Assembly: GCA_963744995.1 (NCBI GenBank)
Contig: CAVUWA010000002.1
Span: 352,001 to 416,000 of the forward strand
Direction of reading: 5' to 3'
Source: Candidatus Eiseniibacteriota bacterium
Lineage (GTDB): Bacteria; Eisenbacteria; RBG-16-71-46
Length of the DNA stretch: 64,000 bases
Of the stretch, positions 33,301 through 40,867 are shown in pieces. Numbering within the stretch: the first letter of the stretch is position 1; each line of letters begins with the position of its first letter. The notes beneath the pieces are model-generated. The model made no database searches, was not told the origin of the DNA, and was given only the letters and a program-made list of their open reading frames with translations. Both the position numbers and the translations under genes were made by a program.

Positions 33301-33790
33301 TGACCTTGGCGAAATAGATGCCCGACACCGCGGAGGCGGGAACGTCCCACGAGGCCGATTCCGCCCAGTTGCCGCAGTCGGTGAGCCCGGTGGTCGCGTC
33401 GAAGAGCGGCGCCGGCTGCGACTGCGGCAGCGTCGCCGATGGCAGCACCGTGGCCACCTTGCGGGCGCCGTCGCCGTCGTAATACCCCATCCGGTAGATG
33501 TCGAGGTGGTACGCCGCCGCGTCGGTGTCGATCTTGAAATGCACCGTCTCGCCGCGGTTCACACTGATGTCCGTAGCGAAGCCCTGGATGGTGAGATCGC
33601 CCGCATCGGGATTGTCGAGGTCCCACTCGCTCGGCGGATTCCCCGGCAGCTGGTTCTCGGTCACGATCGCGTTCTGCGCGCGGGCGGTTCCGGGAAGGGC
33701 GGCCGCGAACAGCGCGCAAAAGCCGGCGCAGAGTCCGAGCAGGACGGATGTCCGGCGGCGCACACTCTGGATCGTCTGCGAATTGCTCAT
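24326..33790 (-). CDS. Giant (~3150 aa) secreted protein: DMF-amidase-beta-like domain, Ig, DUF4082-like, Big_5, deacetylase-like domain, three ~400-aa repeats, dockerin/cohesin-like tail, FlgD-Ig
   Basis: TWQAYN, SVGHDEYWS, FFSGN; ELGVKF...NYWVDVVF; MTGDDHG...NRNH; start set by ATGA overlap at 33787-33790. Confidence 0.85.
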   Translation of the reverse strand: MSNSQTIQSVRRRTSVLLGLCAGFCALFAAALPGTARAQNAIVTENQLPGNPPSEWDLDNPDAGDLTIQGFATDISVNRGETVHFKIDTDAAAYHLDIYRMGYYDGDGARKVATVLPSATLPQSQPAPLFDATTGLTDCGNWAESASWDVPASAVSGIYFAKVIRDDNQGSSHIVFIVRDDASTSKLLFQTSDATWQAYNGYGGNSLYVGSASGPPTLNHASKVSYNRPFTTRGGGGGSGSSEDWVFNAEYPMVRWLERNGYDVSYFTDVDTHRSGGLLLNHQVFLSVGHDEYWSAEQRANVTAARDAGVHLAFFSGNEIYWKTRFEPSTDGSATPDRTLVCYKEGTLGENICGGKCDPLTGVWTGLWRDGCEPTYAPNDGCSPENALSGQISWDGNTSAIHVPAAYGALRFWRNTGIAALGSGQEATLGSATLGYEWDWQQYDDFYPAGRILLSQTDFDGKRHHLSLYRAPSGALVFGAGTVQWAWGLDSNHDRGSDPEVPDMQQATVNLLADMGVQPATLQTGLVAATQSTDVTAPVSAITSPADGAHVQTGALTTISGTASDVDGVVAGVEVSVDGGTTWQLASGSTNWTFAWSPGATGAATIRSRSYDDSGNMETPGTPVNVTVDPRVCPCTVFDPATVPQNVDEPDNAAIELGVKFRTSADGVINGIRFYKSTANTGTHVGNLWSSAGALIATTTFSGESASGWQEAPFAAPVQVTANTTYIASYHTDTGHYSQDVNAFASGIDAPPIRILADGEEGPNGVYAYAATSTFPTSDYQASNYWVDVVFDDNPGPDTTPPVVLSKLPAAGASGVAVTASVTAIFNEAIDATTVDGTTFELVDDLSAPVAAAVSYSSATRTATLTPSAALDYSATYTATLKGGGTDPRIKDLAGNALAADVSWSFTTTAPPPPPPTEGPGGPILVISAATNPFGRYMAEILRTEGFNEFSAKDISLVTPTVIDSYEVVILGEMALSAPQVTMLGDWTSAGGTLVAMRPDAQLAPLLGLTPVAGTLSNAYLLVNTTSGPGVGIVGQTIQFHGDADLYTLNGATAVATLYSDATTATANPAVTSRDVGGNGGQAIAFTYDLARSVVYTRQGNPAWAGQKRDGQIDPIRSDDQFFGAASFDPQPDWVDFDKIAIPQADEQQRLLANAIIQGNLDRAPLPRFWYLPKDFKAAIVMTGDDHGDAGMQPRFDIYINESPAGCSVDDWECVRATGYLYVGSTFTPAQAQFYNDLGFEVALHVNTNCQNFTETQYDDFITSQMAQFTSTYPSLPVPTTNRNHCIAWSDWSVTPEVEAANGIRFDTNYYYWPDVWIQDRPGMFTGSGMPMRFAKLDGTIIDCFQASTEMPDESGETFPQFCDQLLDRAIGPEGYYGVFTTNMHFDNTNHAGSNAVVASAQSRGVPVVSAKQMLDWLDGRNGSSFQNLVWNGNVLSFDVAVAAGAHNLRGMLPTLAAVGQLTGITEDGIPIAYTTETIKGIEYAIFPANTATYAASYAVDTTPPLISAVTATPHGDGTATIAWTTNEAADSRVDYGTDAGTLSSQETDAALLTSHSITLSGLAASTLYYFRVGSTDAASNAATEPDPPAAPLEFTMPAPECFLDATVADFAAGTPDANTAVTTLGDGDVILKPAATAEFDVLPPTGEWDGYPWSAGGSATVSGGQLVVDGARFNSEPEGTTYGPGTSVEFVATFTTDRLQHVGFGGGTDGNGVTAIFQNAPFALFSTGDGGVFVTRTAVGSVVDFTLPTSYLGSSHLYRIDWTATGFDYSIDGALVHTEPIVITDPMRPAASDIDVGGQAVLLDWIHVSPYAAGGSFTSRVYDAGGPANWDQMTWTADLPAGTSLQMNVRTGNTLIPDGTWTAYAPVASSGTTIGGNSRYIQYRADLATTDPGVTPVLQDAHVACTAGADVTAPVITNVVATPNGPGGATITWDTDEAADSRVDYGTDPGDLALSASDPAPTASHSTDLSGLAAATTYYYRVTSVDPSTNSATAPEPPASPLSFTTAAAPCPADVTLADFELGSTDPNTALVLDDDGEVILAPANAADFDGAALPAGWSAGAYASGGYYQLSGGQVTVDGAHVHVAAPVAPLTSVEFLATFTTGTFQNAGFAADSTFGGNPWVVIGEGNNGTGVYARNDLGQEVLLGAGLLGAPHRYGIVWTSTGFDFYVDGAYATTLVQSVGVNMVPIISDYPVGGATLSVDWFRVSPYPAAGSFTSRVFDLGGPTSWGAATWTADTPSGTGVALLFRTGDTAVPDGSWSAFNAVSNGGTVGGNSRYVQYRADLTTGDPALTPVLRDVALACTAGPDLTPPVISDVVAAPDPGGTGATVTWTTDEPADSRVDYGVSGGALSSNESDAALVTSHSIVLSGLTPGLGYDYRVTSTDGSLNAASEPVPPGVLGFSTPAQACFTDDVEADFAAGALSDTWVSVTANGEVTLAPAQGAEFSGTSLPADWTSTPWTGGTSAVAGGAVAVDGARLTPLSTTGSASGVVLEFNATFLTAANQHAGLGSGDNTATGAGMFGDIVQSWAMFSTFGGGTTLYARINNPANGAENENIAIGAFTGAPHLFRIEWKPAPDSLIFLVDGASVARRATTIALSMRPGFSDYDNDGSVLAVDWVHETPYATSGTFTSRVYDAGASVTWDAMTWTAALPVGTAISLSARTGDTAVPDGSWTAFAPVAGSGTTVGGMSRYIQYRADLSTSDPATTPVLEALSIACVTCDPTPPAAIADATADRGGSGAGGRIILQVSFTPPPTAATVEVYRAPFGGYPRYDDDGGATPATPSYPPGAPWTLTPVSASGQTDDPPVRDTWFYVVFSKSACDVVSPVSNVTAGIPNYLLGDVTDGTTACAGDGAVGTPDVSLLGSHYGETITGPEAWACLDVGPTLDGSVNGRPLTDGALQFEDLVMFALNFGVPGMPVAAAHEVRETAASDALTLDAPAHVTAGQTFEVTLRMSGAGDVQALSASLSWNAGIVTPADVRAGAMLDIQGGVLFSPGPGRMDAALLGAGRQGLAGEGDLAVWTFRATADGDPAIALGRVDARDAANRPVTFGAPRPQPDLPAVTAFDRVSPNPFTATTSMAFSLASRSRVNLTIYAVDGRRVRTLARGVYPAGTHQVVWNGTADSGERVRPGLYFARLETAAGTFTRSIALMR

Positions 33791-34488
33791 CCCTGGTATC
33801 TCCAGCACGCGGACGGCATCTCCGCGTCGCCGTTGAGCGGAGCGGCAACCGGCAGCAGGGGCCGCACGCGCAGCCCGGTCCACCGGTCGTGTTCCGGCTT
33901 CGCCTTCGTCACGATGACCACGGCGCCCCGCGAGGTGGCGGGACGCACATACAGGCCGGCGTCGTAGAACTGCACGCGGCGCAGGTGGACGACGGTCGTC
34001 CCGCCCTCCGGTCCCGCGCGGAAGTGCAGGTGATGCAATGTTCCGGGCCCTTCGAGGGACACACCGCCGCAGAGGATCACGTGCGAGATGGTCATGCTGT
34101 CGGCGCGTGCGGCGAAGCGATGAAAGGTGTTTCCGCATGCGCCCGTCATGAGGTCGCCCTCGTCATCGCGCGGATCGGTCGCGGGCACGAACTCGACCAC
34201 GGTCGTGTCGAATGCGACGACCGCGTCGTATGCGTTGAAATGCTTGCCGGGTGACTCGATGCGCAGCTCGAGCGTGAACGAGCCCCCGGGCGCGACGCGC
34301 ACGGTGTCGGGGGAGAGCGCAGCGTGCACGGCGTCCGGGGCATCGGCCGCCGGCGCGGCGCCGAACGACCACGAGGCAAACGCGAGAGACGCCGCAGCGC
34401 CCACCGCGGCACCGCCGGCAGGATGGAGCCACCGGTGGCGCCGGGGGGCCGGGACGAGCCGGCTTCTATGCGAGTTCGAGAGATTCAT
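33787..34488 (-). CDS. Exported cohesin-like protein, paralog of 23505-24329, lacking the FlgD tail
   Basis: Shared MTGACGNTFHRF...LCxGVSLxGPG...VQFY. Confidence 0.75.
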   Translation of the reverse strand: MNLSNSHRSRLVPAPRRHRWLHPAGGAAVGAAASLAFASWSFGAAPAADAPDAVHAALSPDTVRVAPGGSFTLELRIESPGKHFNAYDAVVAFDTTVVEFVPATDPRDDEGDLMTGACGNTFHRFAARADSMTISHVILCGGVSLEGPGTLHHLHFRAGPEGGTTVVHLRRVQFYDAGLYVRPATSRGAVVIVTKAKPEHDRWTGLRVRPLLPVAAPLNGDAEMPSACWRYQG

Positions 34489-34536
34489 GGTCCGATGCCG
34501 GGCGCCGCACGGTTGCGGCGCCCGGCGTTCGGTTCC

Positions 34537-37500
34537 CTACTTCAGGAACGTCAGCTTGCGGGTGAACTGCGCGCCCGGCGTCACCATCCGGATGAAATAC
34601 GCACCCGGCGCAAGTGCACGACCGGTGTCATCGCATCCGTCCCACGCCATCCGGTATTCGCCCGCTTCACGGAACCCGCGAGCGAGCGTGCGCACACGGC
34701 GCCCGTCTACCGAGTAGAGCGAGATCTCCACCGGGCCCGCCTGGGCGAGCCCGAACACCACGGTCGCCGATCCACGCGACGGATTCGGCACCGCGCCCGA
34801 CAGGGTCGTGGTGAGCGGCACCGGTCGCGGCAGCGGGCCGGTCGAGGCGGCCATCGTGACCTTGTGATTCGCGCCGTCGCGGGCGTCCACCGACGCGATC
34901 CCGAACTGCGGATCGCCCTCGGCGATCACCCGGAAACGCAGCTTCGCAATCGTGCCTTCGCCCACGAGGCCGGTGCGGTTGCGGCCGAGCAGCGCTGCGT
35001 CCACGGTGCCGGGCCGCGCCGACAGCACGACGCCGTTCTGAGCGTCGATCAGCGCTCCGCTCGAGACGCCTGCAGGGGCCACCACGGCCGGATTCCAGGT
35101 GAGCGCGACCGACATGGCCTGCACGAGGCCGTTGCCGCTGGCGTCGAGTCCGACTTCGATGTCGGCACCGGTTGCGACGCGACCCGGCGCGTGCAGGACG
35201 AGAGCGTTCGAGCCGCCCGCCGCCGCGACCGGGTGCGCCGCCGCCTGCGGCGCGGTCACCTGCCCGTAGTTGATCGCGAACATCACCAGATCTTCGAAAT
35301 TGATGACATTGTCGGTCGACGGCAGGGCGTCCACCGAGAGGTCGGCGGTGGGGCCGACATCGAGGTAGCCGACCGGATCGGAGGCGCCGAGCACGAGACC
35401 GTAGTTGGAGCCGAGCAGCGAGATGTCCTCGGTGGCGACCGCGTTGTTGCCCTGTCCGGGCGTGCTGCCGTCGCTCACGTCGCCGAGGTGGTAGTTGAGC
35501 GTGCCGGTGGTCACGTTCGACGGAGGCGACCATCCGCCGCCGCCGTTCTGCGTATAGAGCACGTAGTAGTAGAAGTCGCGCGTCGCGGGCTCGTCCGTCT
35601 GGCCGGAGGCGGTGACGCCGGTGAGCGTCCACGGCCCGGACGGCGGATAGGCGCCCGGCGCCGGCGGCGCGGCGCCGCCGTTGTCGTCGTACTCGGGATA
35701 CCCGCCGAAGCCGGCGCGGTAGACCTCGACCGCGGCGACGCCGGAAGGCGCCGTGAAGGTCAGCGTGATCTTCGTCGTGCCGTCGGTGTCGTTGCCGGAC
35801 TTGAGCTGCGCGGCCGCCAGATCACCGAGCGCGTCGTCGTTGAGGATCGTGCCCGTGCCGGTCGCCGTCGTAAGAGTGGCGTTGACCGGGTTGCTCAGGT
35901 TCACCGTGAACGTCTCGTCCGGTTCGCTGCCGGTGTCGCCGTTCACGACCACGACGACCGGCTTCGTGGTCTCGCCCGGGTTGAATGTCAGCGTCGTCGT
36001 GCCGATCGCGGTGAAGTCGCCGGGCGCGATGGCGCCGCCGTTGGCGGTCGCGTAGTCGACCGTCACGACCTGCCCGCTCGCGGCCGACAGCGTCACGGTG
36101 AAGTCGAAGTTCGTGGTGCCGGCGTCACCTTCGGCCAGCGCCACGTCGTCGATCGAGAGCGTCGGTTCGGCGTCGTCGTCCAGGATCGTGACGGTGACCT
36201 GCTGCGTGCCGTTCTCGGTCGCACCGGCGCTCACCGCGTCGACGTCCACCACGACGTCCTCGTCGGGCTCGTCGATCGCGTCCTGCACCGCGGCGATCGT
36301 GACGCTGCCGGTGGTGCCGAGCGCCGGGATGACGATCTGGGTGCCGGAGCGGGTGTAGTCGTCGTTGAGGGTCGCGGCGCCGGAGAACGCGAGGTCGACC
36401 GTGATCGCCGCGCTGCTCTGGCCGGACAGGGTCGCGGTGACCGTGGCCGGGCTGTCGGAGCCGTCTTCGGCCAGCGTCGCCGTATCGACGCTCAGCGACA
36501 CGGTCGGCTCGGCGTCGTCGTCCAGGATCGTGACGGTGACCTGCTGCGTGCCGTTCTCGGTCGCGCCGGCGCTCACCGCGTCGACGTCCACCACGACGTC
36601 CTCGTCGGGCTCGTCGATCGCGTCCTGCACCGCGGCGATCGTGACGCTGCCGGTGGTGCCGAGCGCCGGGATGACGATCTGGGTGCCGGAGCGGGTGTAG
36701 TCGTCGTTGAGGGTCGCGGCGCCGGAGAACGCGAGGTCGACCGTGATCGCCGCGCTGCTCTGGCCGGACAGGGTCGCGGTGACCGTGGCCGGGCTGTCGG
36801 AGCCGTCTTCGGCCAGCGTCGCCGTATCGACGCTCAGCGACACGGTCGGCTCGGCGTCGTCGTCCAGGATCGTGACGGTGACCTGCTGCGTGCCGTTCTC
36901 GGTCGCACCGGCGCTCACCGCGTCGACGTCCACCACGACGTCCTCGTCGGGCTCGTCGATCGCGTCCTGCACCGCGGCGATCGTGACGCTGCCGGTGGTG
37001 CCGAGCGCCGGGATGACGATCTGGGTGCCGGAGCGGGTGTAGTCGTCGTTGAGGGTCGCGGCGCCGGAGAACGCGAGGTCGACCGTGATCGCCGCGCTGC
37101 TCTGGCCGGACAGGGTCGCGGTGACCGTGGCCGGGCTGTCGGAGCCGTCTTCGGCCAGCGTCGCCGTATCGACGCTCAGCGACACGGTCGGTTCGGCGTC
37201 ATTGTCCTGGATCGTCCCCGTACCGGTGGCGGTGGTGATCGAGGCGCCCGAAGGGTTCGACAGGCCGACCGTGAAATCCTCGTCGGGCTCGTCGACGGCA
37301 TCGTCGTTGATCGTCACGCTGACCGGCTTGCTCGACTCGCCGACGTTGAAGGTGAGCGTCGTCGTGCCGATCGCGACATAGTCGTCCGGCGCGACGGCGG
37401 AGCCGTCGGCCGTCGCGTAGTCGACCGTCACGGTCTGACCGGCCGGTACCGGCGCGTTCAGCGATACCGTGAACGTCGCGGTGCCGTCACCTTCATCGAC

Positions 37501-38583
37501 CGTCACGTCGTCGATCGACAGCTGGTTCTCGGCGAACGTGGCGGTAATGGTGTGGTCGGCGGTCACGTTGTTGAACGTGTAATCGGTCTGCACGCCCTGC
37601 GAGTTGCCGTCCACGACCACGTCGGTCGTGTGGTAGCCGGCATCCGGGGTGATGGTGAAGGCCTGGGTGCCGTCGTAAACGACGTTCACGGGGCCGGCGG
37701 GCGCGATCGAGCCGTTGGCGCCCTGGGTCACCGTGATCACGTAGTAGCCGATCGTGAACACCGCGTCACTCACGTCCTGAACCGAATTGCCGTTGACGTC
37801 GCGGGCGGTCACGCGCACCAGCGCGGTGGTCGAGGCGTCGTTCGGGACGGCCCAGGCGTAGCTGCCGCTGTTCGCCAGATTCGTGGCGATCGAGACCCAC
37901 GACGAGCCGTTGTCGTTGGAGTAATCGAGGTCGATGCCCGCGGCGTCGATCGCCTCGTCGTCCGAGGCCGTCCAGGTGATGTTCTGCGTGGAGCCGACGA
38001 CCCAGAACTCGCCGCCGTTGGGAGCGGTCACGGCCGCGCTCGGCAGTGTGTTGTCGATGCCCGCCGACGCGGCCGTGCCGATCGACGAGGACAGCGTGGC
38101 GTTGCTGCAGTCACGCAGAATCACGTTGGTGATCGTCACCGTGCCCGTGCCGGAAGGATCGGTGCTGGCGACGTCGATGCTGAAGAGCGTGCCGGTCAGC
38201 GCGGAGCTGCCGCACGGCGTGCCCAGCGTCACGCCGTCGGCGGTGTACTGACCGCCGCCATGGTCGATGACCTGAAAATTCGTAGCCGCTCCGTCGGCGG
38301 CGAGAAACCCACCGAGCGTGATGCTCGACGTTCCCGAAGGCAGTGACAGTTCGGAAGACACGGTGAAATCGACGCTGAACCCGAGCACCGGCGTGTTGTC
38401 GGTGCGCGTGATCGTCACGGGGACCGACACCGGCGTGTTCGTCGTCGAGATCTTGCCCGAAGGCGAAACGGCGTCGATCGTGGTCTGGGCCATGGCCGTG
38501 GAGACGGTCGCCGCGCTCAGAAACAGCAGCGCGGCAAGCCCGGAGGCAATGCGCGTGACAGGTCGGAGAAGGAGCTGGGTCAT
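34537..38583 (-). CDS. Large secreted Calx-beta repeat protein with N-terminal cohesin-like domain, dockerin/cohesin-like tail and FlgD-Ig
   Basis: LSIDDV..EGD, VTVDYAT, EPDETFTV.LSNP, GTI.NDD Calx-beta motifs; signal peptide from ATG 38583. Confidence 0.88.
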   Translation of the reverse strand: MTQLLLRPVTRIASGLAALLFLSAATVSTAMAQTTIDAVSPSGKISTTNTPVSVPVTITRTDNTPVLGFSVDFTVSSELSLPSGTSSITLGGFLAADGAATNFQVIDHGGGQYTADGVTLGTPCGSSALTGTLFSIDVASTDPSGTGTVTITNVILRDCSNATLSSSIGTAASAGIDNTLPSAAVTAPNGGEFWVVGSTQNITWTASDDEAIDAAGIDLDYSNDNGSSWVSIATNLANSGSYAWAVPNDASTTALVRVTARDVNGNSVQDVSDAVFTIGYYVITVTQGANGSIAPAGPVNVVYDGTQAFTITPDAGYHTTDVVVDGNSQGVQTDYTFNNVTADHTITATFAENQLSIDDVTVDEGDGTATFTVSLNAPVPAGQTVTVDYATADGSAVAPDDYVAIGTTTLTFNVGESSKPVSVTINDDAVDEPDEDFTVGLSNPSGASITTATGTGTIQDNDAEPTVSLSVDTATLAEDGSDSPATVTATLSGQSSAAITVDLAFSGAATLNDDYTRSGTQIVIPALGTTGSVTIAAVQDAIDEPDEDVVVDVDAVSAGATENGTQQVTVTILDDDAEPTVSLSVDTATLAEDGSDSPATVTATLSGQSSAAITVDLAFSGAATLNDDYTRSGTQIVIPALGTTGSVTIAAVQDAIDEPDEDVVVDVDAVSAGATENGTQQVTVTILDDDAEPTVSLSVDTATLAEDGSDSPATVTATLSGQSSAAITVDLAFSGAATLNDDYTRSGTQIVIPALGTTGSVTIAAVQDAIDEPDEDVVVDVDAVSAGATENGTQQVTVTILDDDAEPTLSIDDVALAEGDAGTTNFDFTVTLSAASGQVVTVDYATANGGAIAPGDFTAIGTTTLTFNPGETTKPVVVVVNGDTGSEPDETFTVNLSNPVNATLTTATGTGTILNDDALGDLAAAQLKSGNDTDGTTKITLTFTAPSGVAAVEVYRAGFGGYPEYDDNGGAAPPAPGAYPPSGPWTLTGVTASGQTDEPATRDFYYYVLYTQNGGGGWSPPSNVTTGTLNYHLGDVSDGSTPGQGNNAVATEDISLLGSNYGLVLGASDPVGYLDVGPTADLSVDALPSTDNVINFEDLVMFAINYGQVTAPQAAAHPVAAAGGSNALVLHAPGRVATGADIEVGLDASGNGLVQAMSVALTWNPAVVAPAGVSSGALIDAQNGVVLSARPGTVDAALLGRNRTGLVGEGTIAKLRFRVIAEGDPQFGIASVDARDGANHKVTMAASTGPLPRPVPLTTTLSGAVPNPSRGSATVVFGLAQAGPVEISLYSVDGRRVRTLARGFREAGEYRMAWDGCDDTGRALAPGAYFIRMVTPGAQFTRKLTFLK
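36161..37200. repeat. Intragenic tandem repeat, 3 x 342 bp (114-aa Calx-beta-like unit), nearly identical
   Basis: Units start at 36161, 36503 and 36845; only a couple of synonymous differences noticed by eye. Confidence 0.95.
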
Positions 38584-39323
38584 GGTGATCTCCGGTGGGG
38601 AGTACACGCATCGAACGGCATGCGTGTGGCTGAGGGACGGAGTTTCGCTGGAAAGTCGACGGGGAAACGTGCCGCAAGCGGCCACATGGGCGGCCGCTGG
38701 GCCGTCGCCGGCGCGGGCGTGCAGCACGGCGGGCGCGTGAAGTCACGCCTGCCGGAACGTGCCGGCGGCGAGCCGGGAGGTAATTCGAGAAGTGCGCCGG
38801 GGCGATCGGGCCAATGCATCGAACGCCGGGCGCGCTGGATGGCGGCCCACGAAGTCATGCGATCTCGAGCGTTGAAAACTTCAGCGTCACGCCGGGATGC
38901 GTGCCGGCAGCGCACAAGGTGGCGCACTGCATCTCCGAGGGGGGTGGGAGCTGCACTGCACGGTCGCTGCGGCCTGCAGCTCGGCGAAAGGGTCCCGGTG
39001 AGTGGGAACGTTTGCCAAACAATATGGTCCACCCCCTGCACGCCGCGGGCAAGCGATACTTCGCAAAGAACGCATGAAAGTTCTCCGGGATGGGGCAAAC
39101 TGACGCCGCGTGTATCAAATGTCTTTATGAACGTAGACCAAAGTAGAAGGTCCAGGCGGCATTGCGCGGAGGATGCGGCGCGATGGGCAGGCCCGGGCTG
39201 CCGCCGTCGCCGGAGGGACGGCGACAGTCCGCAACCCGGGAGGCGGCCCGCGCTGCTCGAGCCCGGTGCAGGCATGCGGGAGCCGCGGGCGTCTCCCGCG
39301 CGGCGCCACGCGGATCCGCCGCC

Positions 39324-39352
39324 TTGAGCCGCGCTGCCGCAGGGCCTAGGAT
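39324..39352 (+). promoter_or_regulatory. Putative sigma70 promoter for the hydA operon
   Basis: TTGAGC-N17-TAGGAT about 85 nt upstream of the ATG. Confidence 0.5.
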
Positions 39353-39435
39353 TGCCGATTCACACGGAATCCAGCGGGGGGACGCGTTCAACTGCTTGTC
39401 CGCCCTGCGGATGCACCTTCGCCTGAGAGGCCAGC

Positions 39436-40848
39436 ATGGGACTTCTGATCCGTCACGGTGAGATCGTCACCGCCAGCGACCGTTACGTCGCCGACGTCTA
39501 CTGCGATGGCGGCCGCATCGCCGCCATCGGCAGCGCGCTCGAGAAGCGCGGCAGCGACGACCAGGTCATCGACGCGTCCGGCAAACTGCTGCTGCCGGGT
39601 TTCATCGATCCCCACGTTCACATGGAGCTGCCGTTCATGGGCACGGTGTCGTGCGACGACTTCTTTTCCGGGCCCGCCTCGGGAGTCGCCGGCGGCACCA
39701 CCTGCTTCATCGACTTCTGCATTCCGTCACCGGGCACCTCGCTGCTCGAAGGCCTCGCGGACTGGCGCAGGAAGAGTTCGAAGTCGCCGGTCGACTACAC
39801 GGCCCACATGGCCATCACATCATGGAGCGACCGCACGGCGGCCGAGATGACGGAGGTGGTCGAGAAACACGGCATCACGTCGTTCAAGGTGTTCATGGCA
39901 TACAAGGGTGCGATCATGGTCGACGACCACGCGCTCTATCAGGTGATGAAGAACGCGGCCCGGCTGGGCGCAGTCGTCACCGTGCACGCCGAGAACGGCG
40001 ATGCCGTCTTCAACCTGCAGAAAGAGCTCGTTGCGGCCGGCGATCTCGGCCCCGAGTACCATCCCGTATCGCGGCCCAGCGCGGTCGAGGGCGAAGCCAC
40101 CGGGCGTGCGCTGATGATGGCGCGGTTGCACGGCGCGGTGCCGTACATCGTCCACATGACCTGCAAGGAATCGGTGGCGGCGCTCGAGCGTGCGAAACTC
40201 GACGGGCAGAAGTGCTACGGCGAGACCTGCCCGCAGTACCTGCTGCTCGACGATACCGTGTTCACGAAGCCCGACTTCGAAGGCGCCACGTACGTCATGA
40301 GCCCGCCGATCAGGCCGGGCCACGTCGGGCACCAGGAATCGCTGTGGAACGGGATCTCCACCGGCATGCTCGACTCGGTCGGCACCGACCACTGCCCGTT
40401 CATGTTCGAGCAGAAGAAGATGGGCAAGGACGATTTCACGAAGATCCCGAACGGTGCGGCGGGGATCGAGGATCGGCTGATGATGCTGCACACCCACGGC
40501 GTGCTGAAGGGCCGCTTCGACCTGCAGCGCATGGTCGCCCTCGGCAGCACGAATCCGGCGCGGATCTTCGGACTGTACCCGCGCAAGGGAACGATCGCCG
40601 TCGGCAGCGACGCGGACCTCGTGGTGTTCGATCCGAACGCCAGGGGTAAGCGCGGCGCGAAAGCGCATCACTCGAAGGCGGACCGCAGCATCTTCGAGGG
40701 CTTCGAGGTCACCGGCATGCCGTCGCAGGTGATCGTCAACGGCCGCGTCCAGTTCGAGAAAGGCAAGCTGTCGGTCGAGAAGGGCGCCGGTCGGTTCATC
40801 GAGCGTGCGGTTCAGCAGACGCACATGCCGCACATGGCCGGTGTATGA
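39436..40848 (+). CDS. hydA: Dihydropyrimidinase
   Basis: PGFIDPHVH, SFKVFMAYK, VHAENG, VMSPP, GTDHCPF, IPNG. Confidence 0.96.
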   Translation: MGLLIRHGEIVTASDRYVADVYCDGGRIAAIGSALEKRGSDDQVIDASGKLLLPGFIDPHVHMELPFMGTVSCDDFFSGPASGVAGGTTCFIDFCIPSPGTSLLEGLADWRRKSSKSPVDYTAHMAITSWSDRTAAEMTEVVEKHGITSFKVFMAYKGAIMVDDHALYQVMKNAARLGAVVTVHAENGDAVFNLQKELVAAGDLGPEYHPVSRPSAVEGEATGRALMMARLHGAVPYIVHMTCKESVAALERAKLDGQKCYGETCPQYLLLDDTVFTKPDFEGATYVMSPPIRPGHVGHQESLWNGISTGMLDSVGTDHCPFMFEQKKMGKDDFTKIPNGAAGIEDRLMMLHTHGVLKGRFDLQRMVALGSTNPARIFGLYPRKGTIAVGSDADLVVFDPNARGKRGAKAHHSKADRSIFEGFEVTGMPSQVIVNGRVQFEKGKLSVEKGAGRFIERAVQQTHMPHMAGV

Positions 40849-40867
40849 CCGGGGAGAGGAGACGCTG

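Noticed and set aside
24326..33790. Functional call of N,N-dimethylformamidase
   Set aside because: Only a related domain in a giant secreted protein; no small subunit gene seen
36161..37200. Repeat array as a CRISPR or mobile element
   Set aside because: In-frame 342-bp units without spacers inside a CDS; no cas or transposase genes
24242..38346. Very long + strand ORFs (24242-28528, 29618-33967, 34324-38346)
   Set aside because: Antisense shadows of real minus-strand genes; Arg-rich, motif-free translations typical of high-GC DNA
17543..38583. FlgD-like tails as evidence of flagellar genes
   Set aside because: They are C-terminal tails on unrelated secreted proteins; no flagellar genes are present
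38990..39110. GGCAAAC words suggesting a c-di-GMP-I riboswitch
   Set aside because: The following GNRA stem and GACGCAAAG motif were not found on either strand
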